This document shows positions 1 through 16,702 of a DNA stretch of 64,000 bases, piece after piece. A model generated the notes under the pieces. That model was not told the DNA's origin. It saw only the letters and a program-made list of their open reading frames with translations, and made no database searches. Position 1 is the first letter of the stretch. Each line of letters begins with the position of its first letter. The stretch is from contig OZ024741.1 of NCBI GenBank assembly GCA_964016885.1, forward strand, positions 151,280,001 to 151,344,000, read 5' to 3'. The translations under genes and the position numbers were made by a program. Source of the DNA: Eledone cirrhosa (lineage: Eukaryota).

Positions 1-414
1 TGTAGTTACTTTGTAACAATTCTCTATTTTTATTCAACTTCATCCTGCCTCAAGGTTGTTGGGTTTTTAGAACGAACCGACAACAGACTTTATATTATTG
101 TTCTATTAAAAGAATGATAGAGTGATAATGAACGATATAACCCTGGATTAAAATATTTTAAAGTATTAGTATTTATCTTTGGTTCTCGATATATGTACTG
201 AGTTTACAGCTTATAGAACCTATATAACCATATTTACGTATACCATGCATGTCTGAGAGAAAATCTTTATATATATACGTTTGTGTATGTTTATATGTGT
301 GTGTGCGTGTGTGTGGAGGAAAGAGTCCATGCTGAGTGCGTATATGTGTATGTATGTATAAATGCAATACACTTGATGTAGAGATAAATGGGCATTTTAA
401 GCCAATTTCCTACA

Positions 415-454
<40 letters not shown>

Positions 455-457
<3 letters not shown>

Positions 458-648
458 TTTAATGTAGATGAGATTCTACAGGACTAGAACTGTTTCATTC
501 ATTAGAAATCATCAGGGATTCCTGATGATTTCTAATGAATGAAACAGTTCTAGTCCTGTAGAATCTCATCTACATTAAAACTGTTATACTCTGCTATGTA
601 TTGAGTACCTTACTTACTGAGGTTACCTCCGATTCAACCCGGAATAAC

Positions 649-650
<2 letters not shown>
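455..650 (+). mobile_element. Fold-back PLE-like short element, HHR family A, in (TA)n
   Basis: 455-582 is a near-perfect palindrome centred at ~518. The unique tail 583-650 ends in (TA)n. The same family recurs at 5727-6095, 14125-14300 and 39119-39197. Confidence 0.75.
517..565 (+). ncRNA. Type I hammerhead ribozyme (family A)
   Basis: gattc-CTGATGA-t ttc taat gaa t-GAAA; stem III ACAG/CTGT; predicted cleavage after GTA (560); gaatc closes stem I. A mirror core lies on the minus strand at 471-520. Confidence 0.8.
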
Positions 651-739
<89 letters not shown>

Positions 740-930
740 GTGAGAGGTGGGAGGGCGTTAAAGAATCGATCCCAATAGAAGATGCAGCAAAAGAGATGAA
801 TGGAGAAAGAGAAATGTGAATGGGGTCATAAAGGTTTGCGGAAGAGAGGCAAAAGAAGTAGAAATTGAAAAGAAGTAGAAGTGGGAGAGATAATTGAAGA
901 GTGACGGAATTCGCTAACATATAGCCATGC

Positions 931-1053
<123 letters not shown>

Positions 1054-1095
1054 AAAGAAACCAAAGAACGCTTACATACTCAAACAGTCTTTATT

Positions 1096-1142
1096 CACTT
1101 ACAATGTTTCATCCTCACCTTTTGGCAGAATTCCTCAGAGCC
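1096..1142 (-). ncRNA. Hammerhead ribozyme in PLE-like 3' tail
   Basis: Reverse complement reads ggct-CTGAGGA-attctgcc...gtgaggat-GAAACATTGTA-agtg. The tail runs into the (TA)n at 968-1050. Confidence 0.6.
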
Positions 1143-1577
1143 TAATAAATACAGTATTGAGTATAAGTTCCACAAAAACCTAGTGTCACGAATAATCAGA
1201 ATAAAGATAGGGAGATCGGAGATGGCGAACAAAGAGGTGCATGCTGGTGTGGTTAAGCATCTCTGCTAAATGCCAAAGCATAAGCGGATTCAACAAGATG
1301 AAGATATATTAGATGGCACACAAAAACAAAGAATGTAAAAGCAAAAAATGCAAAAGCATAACAAAAATACATAAAAAATACAGACAAAGATTAAAACATA
1401 ATATAAATTATAATAAAGTAATAACAAATAAAAAATATAAAAATAATAAAGATATTAAAATAAAATAAAATAAAGTAATAAAAAAAAAATATAAAAATAA
1501 TAAAGATAATAAATTAAAATAAAATAAAGTAAAATAATTAAAAAATTAATAAAATATAATGAAAAATAAATAAATAA

Positions 1578-1755
1578 TTGTTTTTACTTTTAGCACAAGG
1601 ACAGCAATTACCCAGTGCATTACTGTTACTTTATTTTATCGACCCCGTAATGATGAAAGGCAAAGTTAACCTCGGCGGGATTTGAACTCAGAATGGCAAG
1701 GGCCGCAACTCTTTGCTGCAAAGCATGTCGTCCGACTCTCTACCGAAACTGCCAA
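1578..1755 (-). mobile_element. tRNA-derived SINE (major family)
   Basis: Reverse complement has A-box-like TGGCAGTTTCGG, B-box GTTCAAATCC and a central gcctttcatc...ggggtcgataaaataaagt domain. About 11 copies in the window. Confidence 0.85.
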
Positions 1756-1912
1756 TCCCGCCTTTTATAAAAATAATAAAATAATAAAAGATAAGATAAT
1801 AAAATAATATAATAAAATTAAAAATTAAAAAGAATTAAAAAGATTTAAAACATAAAAAAATTAAAAAATTAAGAAATTAAAAAAAAAGTTAATTTTTTTT
1901 TTTTTCATTAAA

Positions 1913-1995
1913 AAAATAAAGATAAAAAATAAAGATAAAAAATAAAGATAAAAAATAAAGATAAAAAATAAAGATAAAAAATAAAGATAAAAAAA
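1913..1995. repeat. 13-bp tandem repeat (aaaaaataaagat)n
   Basis: About 6 direct copies visible. Confidence 0.8.
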
Positions 1996-3205
1996 AAAAA
2001 AAAATGTTTCCTAAGAGAAATTCTTTAAAAATAAATAAATGCAGAAAGAAGAAAAAAGTTATAAGTTATAAGCAGATAGAGAAACCAAAAGAGTACACGC
2101 GCTGGTCCCTAGTAACACGAGTGAGTGGGATCTCGGTAACCTATATTAAGAGGTATTTTTGGTACATCCCAAAAGACCACAGTAATCCGAATCACCACCA
2201 TGAAATACATACACAATGTATATTGGTAGGTACCCGAACTAGGTAGCCAATGTGTTTGTACATTGAGCTAACACAATACTGCCATAATACAGTACGGTGC
2301 GCGAGTGTTTATGCACATACGCTCCGTGCTTTACGTAAATAAATATATATATATATATATACATATAACAACCGAAGTATGTTGGTTTGGCAATTAGTCC
2401 GTTGACACGGTTGACAACATTTAGAGAGAGTGATAATGTAAAAGAGAGTTAGAGGGAGAGTGGGAGAGAGAAGTATATATAATAATCGAAATTTCTGGTA
2501 AAATGAGAGAAATAGAGACGGAGGTACGCTATTCATGTTCGTACATGCACATACAAACACACTTCTATGCACACAAACATATACACACACTCAAGTAATT
2601 ATCTTCAAATGAAACAACGACATAAACAAAGTTATTTTCGTAAATTATAACAATCAGAACGTGATTGCTACATTACTGTCATATATATATAATATTATTC
2701 TATCTGAAATCATTATTATGGGATTAGTCGTATGATAATTGTCATGGAAATAAAATCGTTTAACTTGCTTGTTATATGCAGGTTAATGGAATATCTTTTA
2801 GAACTAACAACCCTGAGGGCTAGCTACAGGATTTCATTCAATAGTAGTGTGATTTCAAGAACAGTTACAGGCATGACTTCCTGAAATATACTTAAGGATC
2901 TAATACAGGGTATGAAGAATTGTAAAACTTTTACCAACGAGGCCGTATTATCGCAGAATCTATTAACAATCTCTATTCATTCAAATTTTCTAACCGAATC
3001 CAATAACGAACTCATATATACGTATGTATATATGTATATATATATATATGTATGTATGTATATATATATGTGTGTGTGTATGTATATATTATAATATACA
3101 TGACATTACTTTTCTATGAGTGTGGGTCCACATGCAGATACAGACAGACACAAACACACACACAGATTTATATATGTATACGTATATATATGTATATATA
3201 TATAC

Positions 3206-3292
<87 letters not shown>

Positions 3293-3299
3293 GTGCATG

Positions 3300-3870
3300 T
3301 AATACTCGTGTTAGTCCCTGTAATTTATGAGCTCAAAGGAAAAAGAATCCTGGGCACTTCAAATATAATAACAATTTGAGCTCATAGATTACAGGGACTA
3401 ACGCGAGTTTATGACTCCGTTCATTTATTTTGTTATATTGCTTCTAATAACAGTCTTCTCTCTCTGTGTTTGGTAGAGCACCCTTATTTAAGTGGTGTGG
3501 TTCTGCGATTTCTAGCCGCTCATCCCACCCAGGCCACTAGTTTACTGTCTCATGCACATATTTCCTTCTCTCTACCACGTGTTGCAAGGCAGTTATCTTA
3601 AGTTCTCTTAGAGTTGTCTGGAATGTATTCACTTATCACACCCTGATGAACCTGGGTGTTTCTTTCCATTCACTAACCTTTTGGCGAAACAAATCTCTTT
3701 GGGTTTATAAGTTTGTGATATATAGTTATAAAGGTGGGTAAATTCATTCTGATTTATATTTTTAATTATTATGCGTCTACCTCACCTTTCTTAGTTTATA
3801 GATTCCATACACTGGTGGTTTTCCTTGTACACACACTCTCACTCTCTCGTGTGTTATCTTTTCTACATAT
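3300..3870 (+). mobile_element. PLE-like element family B with 5' inverted segment and HHR
   Basis: Inverted pair at 3305-3337 / 3375-3407. HHR core CTGATGA (3643) to GAAAC (3686). Homologous to 57185-57700. Confidence 0.6.
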
Positions 3871-4073
3871 TATATATATATATATAGTAATAATAATAAA
3901 TTTGAAGACTAAAATCCAAAGAGGGCTCGATAAGGATAAATATATATCAAATATATAAGAACCGTATAGCAAATATGTTTCAGAAGATCCCGTTAAGTGT
4001 GAAAGCAGCGATTCTTTGCTTAAACTTTAATGTGTTATTTTAATAAATAAATAAATATATATATATATATATA

Positions 4074-4760
<687 letters not shown>

Positions 4761-5374
4761 TATATATAATATATACGTATATATGTATACACATAAAGTG
4801 CTTTTGATGAATTCGTATGTTGTAGCGATGTACAGAGTTTCTATTTAATTCAGTACTTTTAAGTATTGCCAATTACTACATACGCTCTGATTAATTCAAT
4901 TTTCTTCTATGTGTTATTTTATTTTTAAATATCGCATATTTTCTGCGATCACTTCAGACGAACCATTGTTGCTGGAACTGAAGTTTTGCCGTTTCTGTTT
5001 GTTGTTTGTTTGTTGTGTGATTAGCAAGGTATGTTGCCATGCTACTGCCTGTTTAAGTGAGTGTCTACAATTATATTTGTATAATTATATGTATGTAATA
5101 GTGTGTGTGTGTAAGTTTGTGAGCGTATGTATCGATGTGCTTGTATGTATGTGGATGTTTGTATATACATATATATGTGTGTGTGTTTCTTTTTTGTAAA
5201 TATACAGGAAGAAAGATAGTTTAACTTGGCTCATAATTCTTAAGAGGTCAAAAAAGTTGCGACGAAAATAAATATTCATAAAGAAAAAAAAAAAATTAAA
5301 TAAATCAGCACATACCTCATAATTGGCAGCACTTGAAAGAATCTAAAAAGAAAAAGAAAAAGGAAAACGACTGG

Positions 5375-5412
<38 letters not shown>

Positions 5413-5413
<1 letters not shown>

Positions 5414-5702
5414 TAAAGTGTTAAACAATATTCAATGAGTATGTCAAAGAATGAGTTTTACAGTAGATTGGAAGCACTCTACGTGAAAATAATTTTCCAG
5501 AGTTATTAATATATAAATATAAATATTAATAAAATAGATCTTCTTTTGATCAATTACATTTTATTATACATATTTCGGAGGTACAACAGTACGTCCTCAT
5601 CATTATATTTTGTCTGATGAGGACATACTCTTGTACATCCGAAATATGTATAATAAAATGTAATTGATCAAAAGAACATCTATTTTATTAATATTTATAT
5701 TT
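5413..5702. mobile_element. Fold-back PLE-like element family E with HHR (5608-5658, +)
   Basis: ttttgt-CTGATGA-gga...tcc-GAAATATGTATA-ataaaa. Inverted arm at ~5515-5601. Homologous to 40320-40765. Confidence 0.7.
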
Positions 5703-5726
5703 TTATATATATAAATATATATATAT

Positions 5727-6094
5727 AGTTTTAATATAGATGGGATTCTACAGGACTAGAACTGTTTCATTCATTAGAAATCATCAGGAATCTGGGTATC
5801 AAAAAATAAATATGGTATTTATAAAATAAACTATAGCTTTGTAGAATTAGCTTTTAATGAATCCCCTTTTCTATCAACCAATGACCTGCACCCATCCCAC
5901 TCCCCACCCTCTCCTACCACTTGTAGAGACCTATAAATACCATATTTATTTTTTGATACCCAGATTCCTGATGATTTCTAATGAATGAAACAGTTCTAGT
6001 CCTGTAGAATCTCATCTATATTAAAACTGTTATACTCTGCTATGTATTGAGTACCTTACTTACTGTGGTTACCTCCGATTCAATCCGGAATAAC

Positions 6095-6095
<1 letters not shown>
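5727..6095 (+). mobile_element. Family A element, inverted arms each with a complete HHR (5962-6012 +; 5744-5793 -)
   Basis: Arms 5727-5823 and 5932-6028 with a ~108-bp spacer; stem I AGATTC/GAATCT. Confidence 0.8.
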
Positions 6096-6151
<56 letters not shown>

Positions 6152-6176
6152 TATATATATATGCATATATATATAA

Positions 6177-6219
<43 letters not shown>

Positions 6220-6297
6220 TATATATATATATATATGTGTATATATATATATACATATATATACATATATATATATATATAGATATATATATAGATA

Positions 6298-6337
<40 letters not shown>

Positions 6338-6340
<3 letters not shown>

Positions 6341-6510
6341 CGAAGGAAATGTGGTAAGGAACCAGGTGGACCATAACCCACCAAAGTACTCAATACTTAG
6401 GGTAGTAGAGTGGGTAATAGGAACGAGTACCACCACTGGACTAAATTAGATTTAGTCCAGAATTAGCCGTCGAAACGGCTTGAGCTCAGCCGTCGGGGTC
6501 CTACTCGTTC

Positions 6511-6512
<2 letters not shown>
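6338..6512 (-). mobile_element. Family D PLE-like tail with inverted HHR half
   Basis: Homologous to 4560-4760; GAAACGGCT-tgagctc-AGCCGTC; (TA)n on both sides. Confidence 0.65.
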
Positions 6513-6586
<74 letters not shown>

Positions 6587-6962
6587 TGGAGGGGGGAAGG
6601 GCAATGGCTGTATATATGCAATTATTTAATAGGTATATAAGTCAAACTGATATATATTAAGAAAATGGAATATATACATATGTATATATGTTTGTCCGTA
6701 CCTATATATGTATATATGTATGTATGTATGTATATAGGTATGTATGTAGGTATGTTTGTGTGTTTGTAAGTGTGTATATGGGCGTGTGTGCATGTGTGTG
6801 TATGTGGATGTAACTGTGGAGATATGAATTGTCTATTTACGTTAGTGTGTGCACTTAGATAACAGTGGATGAGAAGAAAATGAAGTAGATTACATCACTG
6901 TCGTATACGAAATATATTCTTGATCGCATATAATAGTATGAATAATGGGTAAAAAGAGGGGA

Positions 6963-7034
<72 letters not shown>

Positions 7035-7228
7035 CGTGCGTGTGTATAGATGATTGTGTGTGTGTGTGTACCGAAATACAGTGTATATTTAAATGTAGCT
7101 ATAGATATGTACTTAACTATACACGATCTTTTCTCTGGTCATACGTAATATAATGCACATATATGGACACATTCTCTGAACACTATCTCATTACCAACTA
7201 TACACACAGACACACGGATACACACACC

Positions 7229-7309
<81 letters not shown>

Positions 7310-7410
7310 GTTTAGTTGTGTCGTACGAGTATGAGTATTCACCAATGTACAATAGAATTGTTTGATTAGTCCCCCCCACCGTTTTATAATATGTATATAT
7401 ATATATATAC

Positions 7411-7769
7411 AATATATTAATAAATGGAAACTATATTTATAAAACTATATTTATTTTATTATATATATTTCAAGGGCAACAAAGGCAAATTATGGTGAGC
7501 TTTCATCAGATAAAATACAGATTTGTTTTATAAATAAATTTTGACATACCCGGAAAAAAAGACAACCTTAACGGTTGGAGCTTCTTGACTATCCAGAAGC
7601 TCCAACCGTTAAGGTTGTCTTTTTTCCGGGTATGTCAATATTTATTTATAAAACAAATCTGTATTTTATCTGAGGAAAGTGCACCATAATTTGCCTTGGT
7701 TGCCCTTGAAATATATATAATAAAATAAATATGGTTTTATAAATATAGTTTCCATTTATTAATATATTG
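7411..7769. mobile_element. ~360-bp palindromic PLE-like element family G, HHR in each arm (7662-7727 +; 7452-7517 -)
   Basis: Centre ~7590; tattttat-CTGAGGA-aagtgcacca...tggttgccctt-GAAATATATATA-ataaaata. Related to 62400-63356. Confidence 0.75.
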
Positions 7770-7945
7770 GCAGTATCGGTAGAGAGTCGGACACCATGCT
7801 TTGAAGCATAGAGTTACGTCCCTTTATGATCTGAGTTCAAATCCCGCCGAGGTTAACTTTGCCTTTCATCCTTACGGGGTCGATAAAATAAAGTACCAGT
7901 CATGTACTGGGTAATTGCTGGCCTTGTGCCTAAAATAGAAACAAT
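7768..7945 (+). mobile_element. tRNA-derived SINE (major family)
   Basis: TGGCAGTATCGG A-box, GAGTTCAAATCC B-box, central domain, tail aaatagaaacaat. Confidence 0.9.
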
Positions 7946-8043
7946 TAATATATTGTGTATTTACTCAACTAAAGTGTTGAGTGCTTTATATCTGTTATAA
8001 AATTGTTTAAGCTTGTTGAATCCCAACAAATTAAATATAACCT

Positions 8044-8101
<58 letters not shown>

Positions 8102-9522
8102 TGTATTATAAATATATATATATATACATACATATATATGTATATATATATATATATATATGTATGTATACATTATACATATATTATATATAGTTATTAA
8201 CGGTGTGACAAGATAAATGATAATAGATAAATGACGTGGCGGTGACGGACATCGTTAGCTTCATACAATGCAGTCTTCCCATTCGGTGGTACATTCAATT
8301 AATTACCATCTACATAGTCCTATAACGTTATTATGTCCCTTGTCTAACGACCTCTTACATTGGCAGAACGCCATAATTATTTTGAAAAGTGTGCGTGTAG
8401 GGGGAGTCTGTGTCTATGTGTGTGGAGTGCGGGGGTGGTGGTGGTGGCGATGTCTTTGATTATATCGCTGCATGTACATGCTTTTACCTATCTTACGGAT
8501 TTCAGGCATTGTTGCTACATAAATATAAAGTTTGGTTGGTTTCAAAGGTAGAACTAACTCTTCAGTTGAAGTAAACATATCAATAAAAACAAACATATAT
8601 GAAAATATATAATTCAATAACACACTGAACTCTGAAATTCGAGTCAAAATCTATTTATATAAAACACAAGCACGTACTGAACTGCAATAATGATTTTAAT
8701 TTACATAAAATACATTTACCGGTGAGAGAATGATAAGGATACTTGTTTTCTGATGAACAGCCAACTACCCATGAAACATGTTAGGGCAATCGCTGCTGTT
8801 TTTTTCCGCGAAGGGGAGGATAACAGTTTCGGTTTACATTAGTTTGCGTTTTATACCCGAACCTTTCAAACTGTAATAATATATATATTAAATTTATATT
8901 GCTTTTTATTCTAATATACGTTGTGTTGCGCTTAATATTATTTATATATAATATTATATCCATTTAAACATCCATCCATCCATACATACATACATATATA
9001 CACACATACAGAACATACACACACACACACACACACACATACATACATACATACATACATACATACATACATACATGGCTGCAATCTCTGCTAAGTGTAT
9101 TGTGATTGCAATACACTTGTAACATATCCTGAACAAGCGATGTCTGCGCTTTGAAGGATTTTTAAGTGGGGAAAGTCCTTGCACTCGACCAATCCCACTC
9201 TCTGAGCATCGAAAATACTACCCGAAAAGGAGAACTTGTCAACATCATCGGATGCTTCCGAAGCTGTAAGTTCTTTTCAGAGTTTCCCTCTCTTAGAATG
9301 GTGTTGTGACAACAACTGGTGACTTTTCACTCCCAGGTGGGGGAAAAAAGTACTATTTGGATGGCCCTTGACTCTGCTGAGTTCCTCCGCCCTTTGCCGT
9401 GTCTTGTATTTCATCCCGCAGGGTGTCCACCTATCACCTTCCTAACCAAGCAAGCTTCGTACGGTTGCCGGTTTAGTCGCCGACGACCCAACCATGAAAC
9501 AGGCATACATACATACATACAT

Positions 9523-9775
9523 GTTGGCTGCCCCCTCGTTATCGAGTATGACCATTGCATGATATAACATTATTAATAATTATCAATTAATGCCATCGTG
9601 CAATGCCTGTGCGTGAAGATCTTTTTTTTAGCCTAACCCGAAAAGAAGAAAAGATCAACATCATCGGTAACTACTGAGCCTCAGATTTTATGTCGCAGTT
9701 ATCCCAGTTTCGCCAGTTACCTTCTTCAAGAAGAATGCCCTGACAAAGCCTAGGGGTTATTCACTCCCAGTGGTT
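9523..9775 (-). mobile_element. Degenerate retroposon 3' end (RTE-related?) next to (CATA)n
   Basis: gctgccccctcgttatcgagtatgaccattgca follows (cata)n. The same motif occurs at 37098-37133, with a related decayed copy at 9075-9350. Confidence 0.4.
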
Positions 9776-9898
9776 TAACCACGCGATCGTGTATCCAACC
9801 GGCCTATTTCTAACATATATACATACATATATACATACAATGGACCTTCATCGATTTCAACGATTATTTTTATGTACCCACGCATATACATATACATG

Positions 9899-9972
<74 letters not shown>

Positions 9973-10255
9973 GATATATACACAGGCATACATGTATATA
10001 CATACACACATACATAGTACATACATAATTGATTGAAATGAAAGGCAAGTTGACAAGAAAACGTATCAGTTTCTCATCTCCCTTCGTATCCAATATATTT
10101 CATTTGATGAAGTTGTTCATCCGCAATGTTACACGCACTCATACGTGTATATATACCCACATATACACAACTATATACAAGCATAAATAATACATGTATA
10201 CATCTTTGTGTATACATATATATATTTTACACACACACACACGCACACACGCACA

Positions 10256-10350
<95 letters not shown>

Positions 10351-10659
10351 TATCGTAACTTTCCCCATATCGTCTTAACACCGGATGTGAATCTGAATGG
10401 ATATTTTCTTTTTTTAATTCGTCAATTCACAGATAAAACTTCGACGTTGATATAATGTTCAATGTCCACTGATAATTCTCTCTCTGTAATCTGGACATTA
10501 GGCTTTGCCCAACCACAATCCTTATTTTCTCCCTATCGTATCATTTCCAGACAGTAATTAATGTCTATTCTTTTTGTTTGGGTTTTCATTTTTGTTTGGC
10601 TGTGATGCAGCTGCTGTTGTTATTTTTGTTGCTTTACCAATGAGAAATAATAATAATAA

Positions 10660-10790
10660 TAATGTTTTCTTTATTAACCACAAGGGTTTACATAGAGTAG
10701 ACATTAAGGACAGTACAGGACAATACAGGACGGTACAAATGGGCATTTCTGCGTGTAAAAAAAACAGAGGATGTAATAAAATAATAATAA
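10660..10790 (-). mobile_element. 5'-truncated 3'-UTR fragment of the Tx1-like LINE at 16523-22552
   Basis: Near-identical reverse complement of 22430-22552; flanked by (TAA)n on both sides. Confidence 0.9.
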
Positions 10791-10805
10791 TAAGATTAAT
10801 AATAA

Positions 10806-11265
10806 ATGTTTCTACTTTTGGCACAAGGCCAGCAATTGTCCCAATGCATTAGTAATAATGATTTCTACTATAGGCACAACGCCAGCAAATTTGAGGGAGA
10901 GGAAAGTCGATTAAATCGAACCAGTGCATTACTGATGCTTTATTTTATCGACCCCCGTAAAGATGAAAGGCAAAGCTAACCTCGGCAGGATAAACTCAGA
11001 ACGTAAAGGGGCGTAACTCTATGCTGAAAAGCATGGTGTTCGACGCTCTACCGATGTTGCCAAATAATAATGGTTTCTTATATAGGCACAAAGCCAGCAA
11101 TTTGGGGACAGGAGTACGTCTATTAAACCGACCGCAGTGCATTACTGGTGGTTTATTTTATCGACCCCGTAAGGATGAAAGGCAAAGTTAACCTCGACGG
11201 GATTTGAACGCAGAACATAAAGGGCCATGACTCTATGTTGCAAAGCAGGGTGTCTGACGCTCTAT
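10806..11265 (-). mobile_element. Three stacked SINE copies (one partial, two near full-length)
   Basis: tttctact..ggcacaa-like starts at ~10808, ~10862 and ~11073, same family as 7768-7945. Confidence 0.85.
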
Positions 11266-11463
11266 ATTTGTCTCCATCGTCCGATGCCCTAGCGACAATT
11301 TAAAGTTGTTGTTATTCTTATAGTTGTGTGTTTTCTCTGTGACTTTTATCGCCATACAGATATATTGATACAGATATAACTTAATCTATTACTATCTTTG
11401 TTATGGCTTCAGCCAAACGGTTTTTTCCACCGTTCTATAGTTGTTAATATATCCTTAACGATA

Positions 11464-11560
<97 letters not shown>

Positions 11561-12279
11561 CATATATATATATATATATATGAGTATTCGAGTGTGTATT
11601 CGGGTATAACTAGAAATCATGGTTGAAAGTGGAATTTCAGGAATATGTATGTATCTCTGTGACTTATCTATCTATATCTCTTTCTCTATATACATACATA
11701 CGTAGGTACACACACACACATACATACATGCATACATGAATACATACATAGATACATACATACATACATACATACATACATACATACATACATACATACA
11801 TACATACATACATACATACATACATACTAACATGTCATTATGGACGAACTCTCGAGAAGTTGTCTGAGACACTTCCTTTAAGACTATAGTGAGTTGAACA
11901 AGGCAGCGAAAGACGAGCATCTAACTAGACACGATTGTATGGGAATGTGACGAACAACTTTTGATAAAGCTACGTTGTCTGAAGTAACACAGATACCTTA
12001 TGACAATGTGGCCTCCTTGTAGAAATGTATAGCAATCGATTTGGATTGTAAATTCACTAATTGCTTCTGAATCATAGCACTTGTTAACAAAAAAATACCT
12101 ATAGCCCGAGGTACTGCCATTTAAAAGCTCGTTCTTACATATGTATGTGAAAGCAGAATGGTTGTCTCCAATGGTATGAGTGTTTCAAATGAAATATTCC
12201 GAGGAGACATTCTATCTCTGCTTCTTTATAATTTAATAGTAAAGATACCATCATTTAAATGGCATAATTTCAATGAGAA

Positions 12280-12600
12280 TTGGAGTGGCTTAGTGGTTAG
12301 GATCTTCGGATCATAATCGTAAAGTTGTACGTTTCATTCCCGAACATGGCGGCGCCTTGTGTCCTTGAGAATAATACTCTATTTCATGTTACTCCAGTCT
12401 ACACAACTGATGCGAAGTTGTATCGGTCTTTACCTTTCCCTTAGACAATGTCAGAAGTACGCGCGTGCACGTGCATGTGTGTGGAGAGACTGGCACGCAT
12501 GGGCAACTGTTAGTCTTCCACGCGTTGCCTAGGTTTGAGCCATAGGGAGAAATTTTCAAATTACAAGTCCATGCTAAGTCAAGTTTAAAGGAGGCCTATA
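12280..12600 (+). mobile_element. Older tRNA-derived SINE (second family)
   Basis: gtggcttagtggttagg A-box head followed by gtgtccttgag...ctctatttcatgttactccagtc. A related decayed copy lies at 44390-44515. Confidence 0.55.
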
Positions 12601-13358
12601 ATGATTATATTGGTGGGATTTTCTAAAGCTGACAGCACTAATTTATATGTGGAAGATCATAGAGATTTAACATATATTTCTAGCACATCGATCGACTATA
12701 GAGCATCAATTCGTTGGTTTGTAATTTTATGATTTATATCTTGAGAGAAGGTGGTAAGATTAACAAAATTGCAAAATTATTCCCAACGGTGCATAATATT
12801 TAACTTCCGTTCTGTGCAGTAAAAGGGAAATTTTAAAACAACATCATTGAAAATAGACACCGAAAATACAAACGACATTAAAAGGAGGCAACAACAACAC
12901 AACAGTGAAATCAAAAGAAACAACTAAAACAGCAACTACGTGAGGAGATTAATAGATTGTAGTAGCGACTCTCCTACATCCGGTGTTTACGAGATGATTA
13001 TGTAATCGAATGGTAAACAAACAGAAAAGATAGTCTCTTAATGGAGTGCGTTTTAAGTAGGTAAACATACATTTTATAGTGTATTTGACTGCGGTAGTGA
13101 TAACAGTGTCAGTGATGATGATGGTGGTTATGATGGTGGTGAGAATAGTGATGGTGGGGTGAACGTGAAGTGGTGGTAGGGTGATGGTGGTGTTGGTAGT
13201 GATGTTGATGGGGTGATAGTATTAGTAATGGTGGTGTTGATGAGGAAGGTTTTCTTCGTGGTAATTTTGCTTAGTTTTATGTTTCTTCTCGTCCTTTACA
13301 TAATATCGGAATGGGCATCAGCCGTACACACACACGCGCGCGCATACTCAAACATTTG

Positions 13359-13452
<94 letters not shown>

Positions 13453-14004
13453 CATAAATAAGCCTTTTATCCAACTTCAACACCACCACCACACTACTGC
13501 TATCACCCCGAACATCATCATTTGTAAACCATTCTATAGCTCTATATTTATTTTTATGAAACCTTTTATGGTCTAAGAGAGCGCCCATAATTATTCATGT
13601 ATTTAATTAGCTTGAGTTACTTTTCTATCTTTTAAATCTAACAATATCTCTATATCTTTTTAAACTTAATATTTTTTTAAATATTACTAAAACTAAACAA
13701 TCTTTACCCGAAGGATGTGTAGAGTCTAAAGACATTGATAGCGAATACAGCACAGACATGACTGTGTGGTTATGGGGCACTCTTCGCAAGCCTGTTGTTT
13801 TGGTGTTTTGTTGTCTTTCATTGATTCAGGTTGACCAATATCTTGTGTTTGAAATCAGGTTGACGACAAAGTTGCGGAAGCTCGTCGTATATAAATAATA
13901 CATCTCTCTGTCTGTCTGTCCATCTCTATGCCTCTCTCTGTCTCTCTCTGTCTCTGTCTGTCTGTATCTCTCTATCTCTCTCTCTCTCTCTATCTATCTT
14001 TCTC

Positions 14005-14420
<416 letters not shown>

Positions 14421-15388
14421 AGTGCATGTGCGTGTGGGCGTGTGTGTATGTATGTATAAATACATATAAACTTCAACGTTTTGCCGAAAGGGATTCGTCA
14501 AACAATGGAGCTATAGAAGGTAGGGCTGGAGAAGTTATGTATTTATGGACCCGTAACACTTGGCGGAGTCGTACGGGCACTGAAATAACATATAGCATGT
14601 CAAGGGTGTTTTTGCTGTTGTTATTCTTCAAACTCCTAAATTATGTGTCTTTCCTTATTATTGTTTTACCTCCATGAATAATGTCATCATGAAAAGAGCT
14701 GATGTCTTGAGTGAATCGAAGACCAAGATTGAAATTTCGTGATCTGAAATAGTGCCTGCATTATTCTTGTGGAACGACTAGATGATTTTATGGAAAGTCA
14801 ACGCTTGGATTTGAGACAGTTTAACGATGGATATGTGTGATTATTGGTGTTGTTAACTGTTGTTAAATGGTTGACTTGCAGAATCATTAGAGCGTCGGGC
14901 AAATGTTCTCCAGTAGTTGTTCTGCGTTCCACAGAGAGCAAGTGGAAGTGTAGGACGATGGCCTGGGAATGGCTCTGGTTGTTGTGGAAGACAACACAGA
15001 TCTCATCAACCTTTGAGAGCAGCGAAATTGACGAAACTGGACGGGACTATTATTTTCTAAGCAGGATGAAAGAAGCCAGGAGAGGGCACTGTTTTGTTCT
15101 TGTCCTTGCATTGTCACCAATGTCATGGGACCGTGTGGCGAATAAAATAAATCATCATTATATTTTTTCTTTGTTTTTAAATTATTATTATTATTAGCCA
15201 TAAAGTACCAGTAATGTACTGGGTAATTTGCTGGCCTTGTGCCAAAAGTAGAAACAATTATTAGCCATAATACAGTGATTGGTTTTAAAAGTAATTTATC
15301 CGTTTGACGAGATAAACTGATTTATTTTACTTCAACTATTATTTTGAATGGTGCTATTAAAAAGAATAACAACTCAATCAATAAACAA

Positions 15389-16522
<1,134 letters not shown>

Positions 16523-16702
16523 GAATGCTATGATTGACGGAGGCTCGGCTCTGTAAGGTATTGTAAATTTTGAACGCTATAACAATTGTAAATTGTTTAA
16601 AACTTTAACGAACTTGTAGACAAAAACACCCTCCTCCTCGTGAGAGGGGTCTTTCTGCCCGTTATTTGGCCCTTCGGGGTTAAATAACTGCTTATTGGGG
16701 TT

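Noticed and set aside
7768-7860. tRNA gene
   Set aside because: The A and B boxes belong to a multi-copy SINE head; no cloverleaf is evident.
11830-12260. Possible ancient RT remnant (IFRGDILSLLL, resembling GIFQGDxLSPLLF)
   Set aside because: A single degenerate motif with no sustained frame; not supportable without a profile search.
14844-15201. Overlapping 117/104-aa ORFs as a host exon
   Set aside because: No recognisable motif and no convincing splice context.
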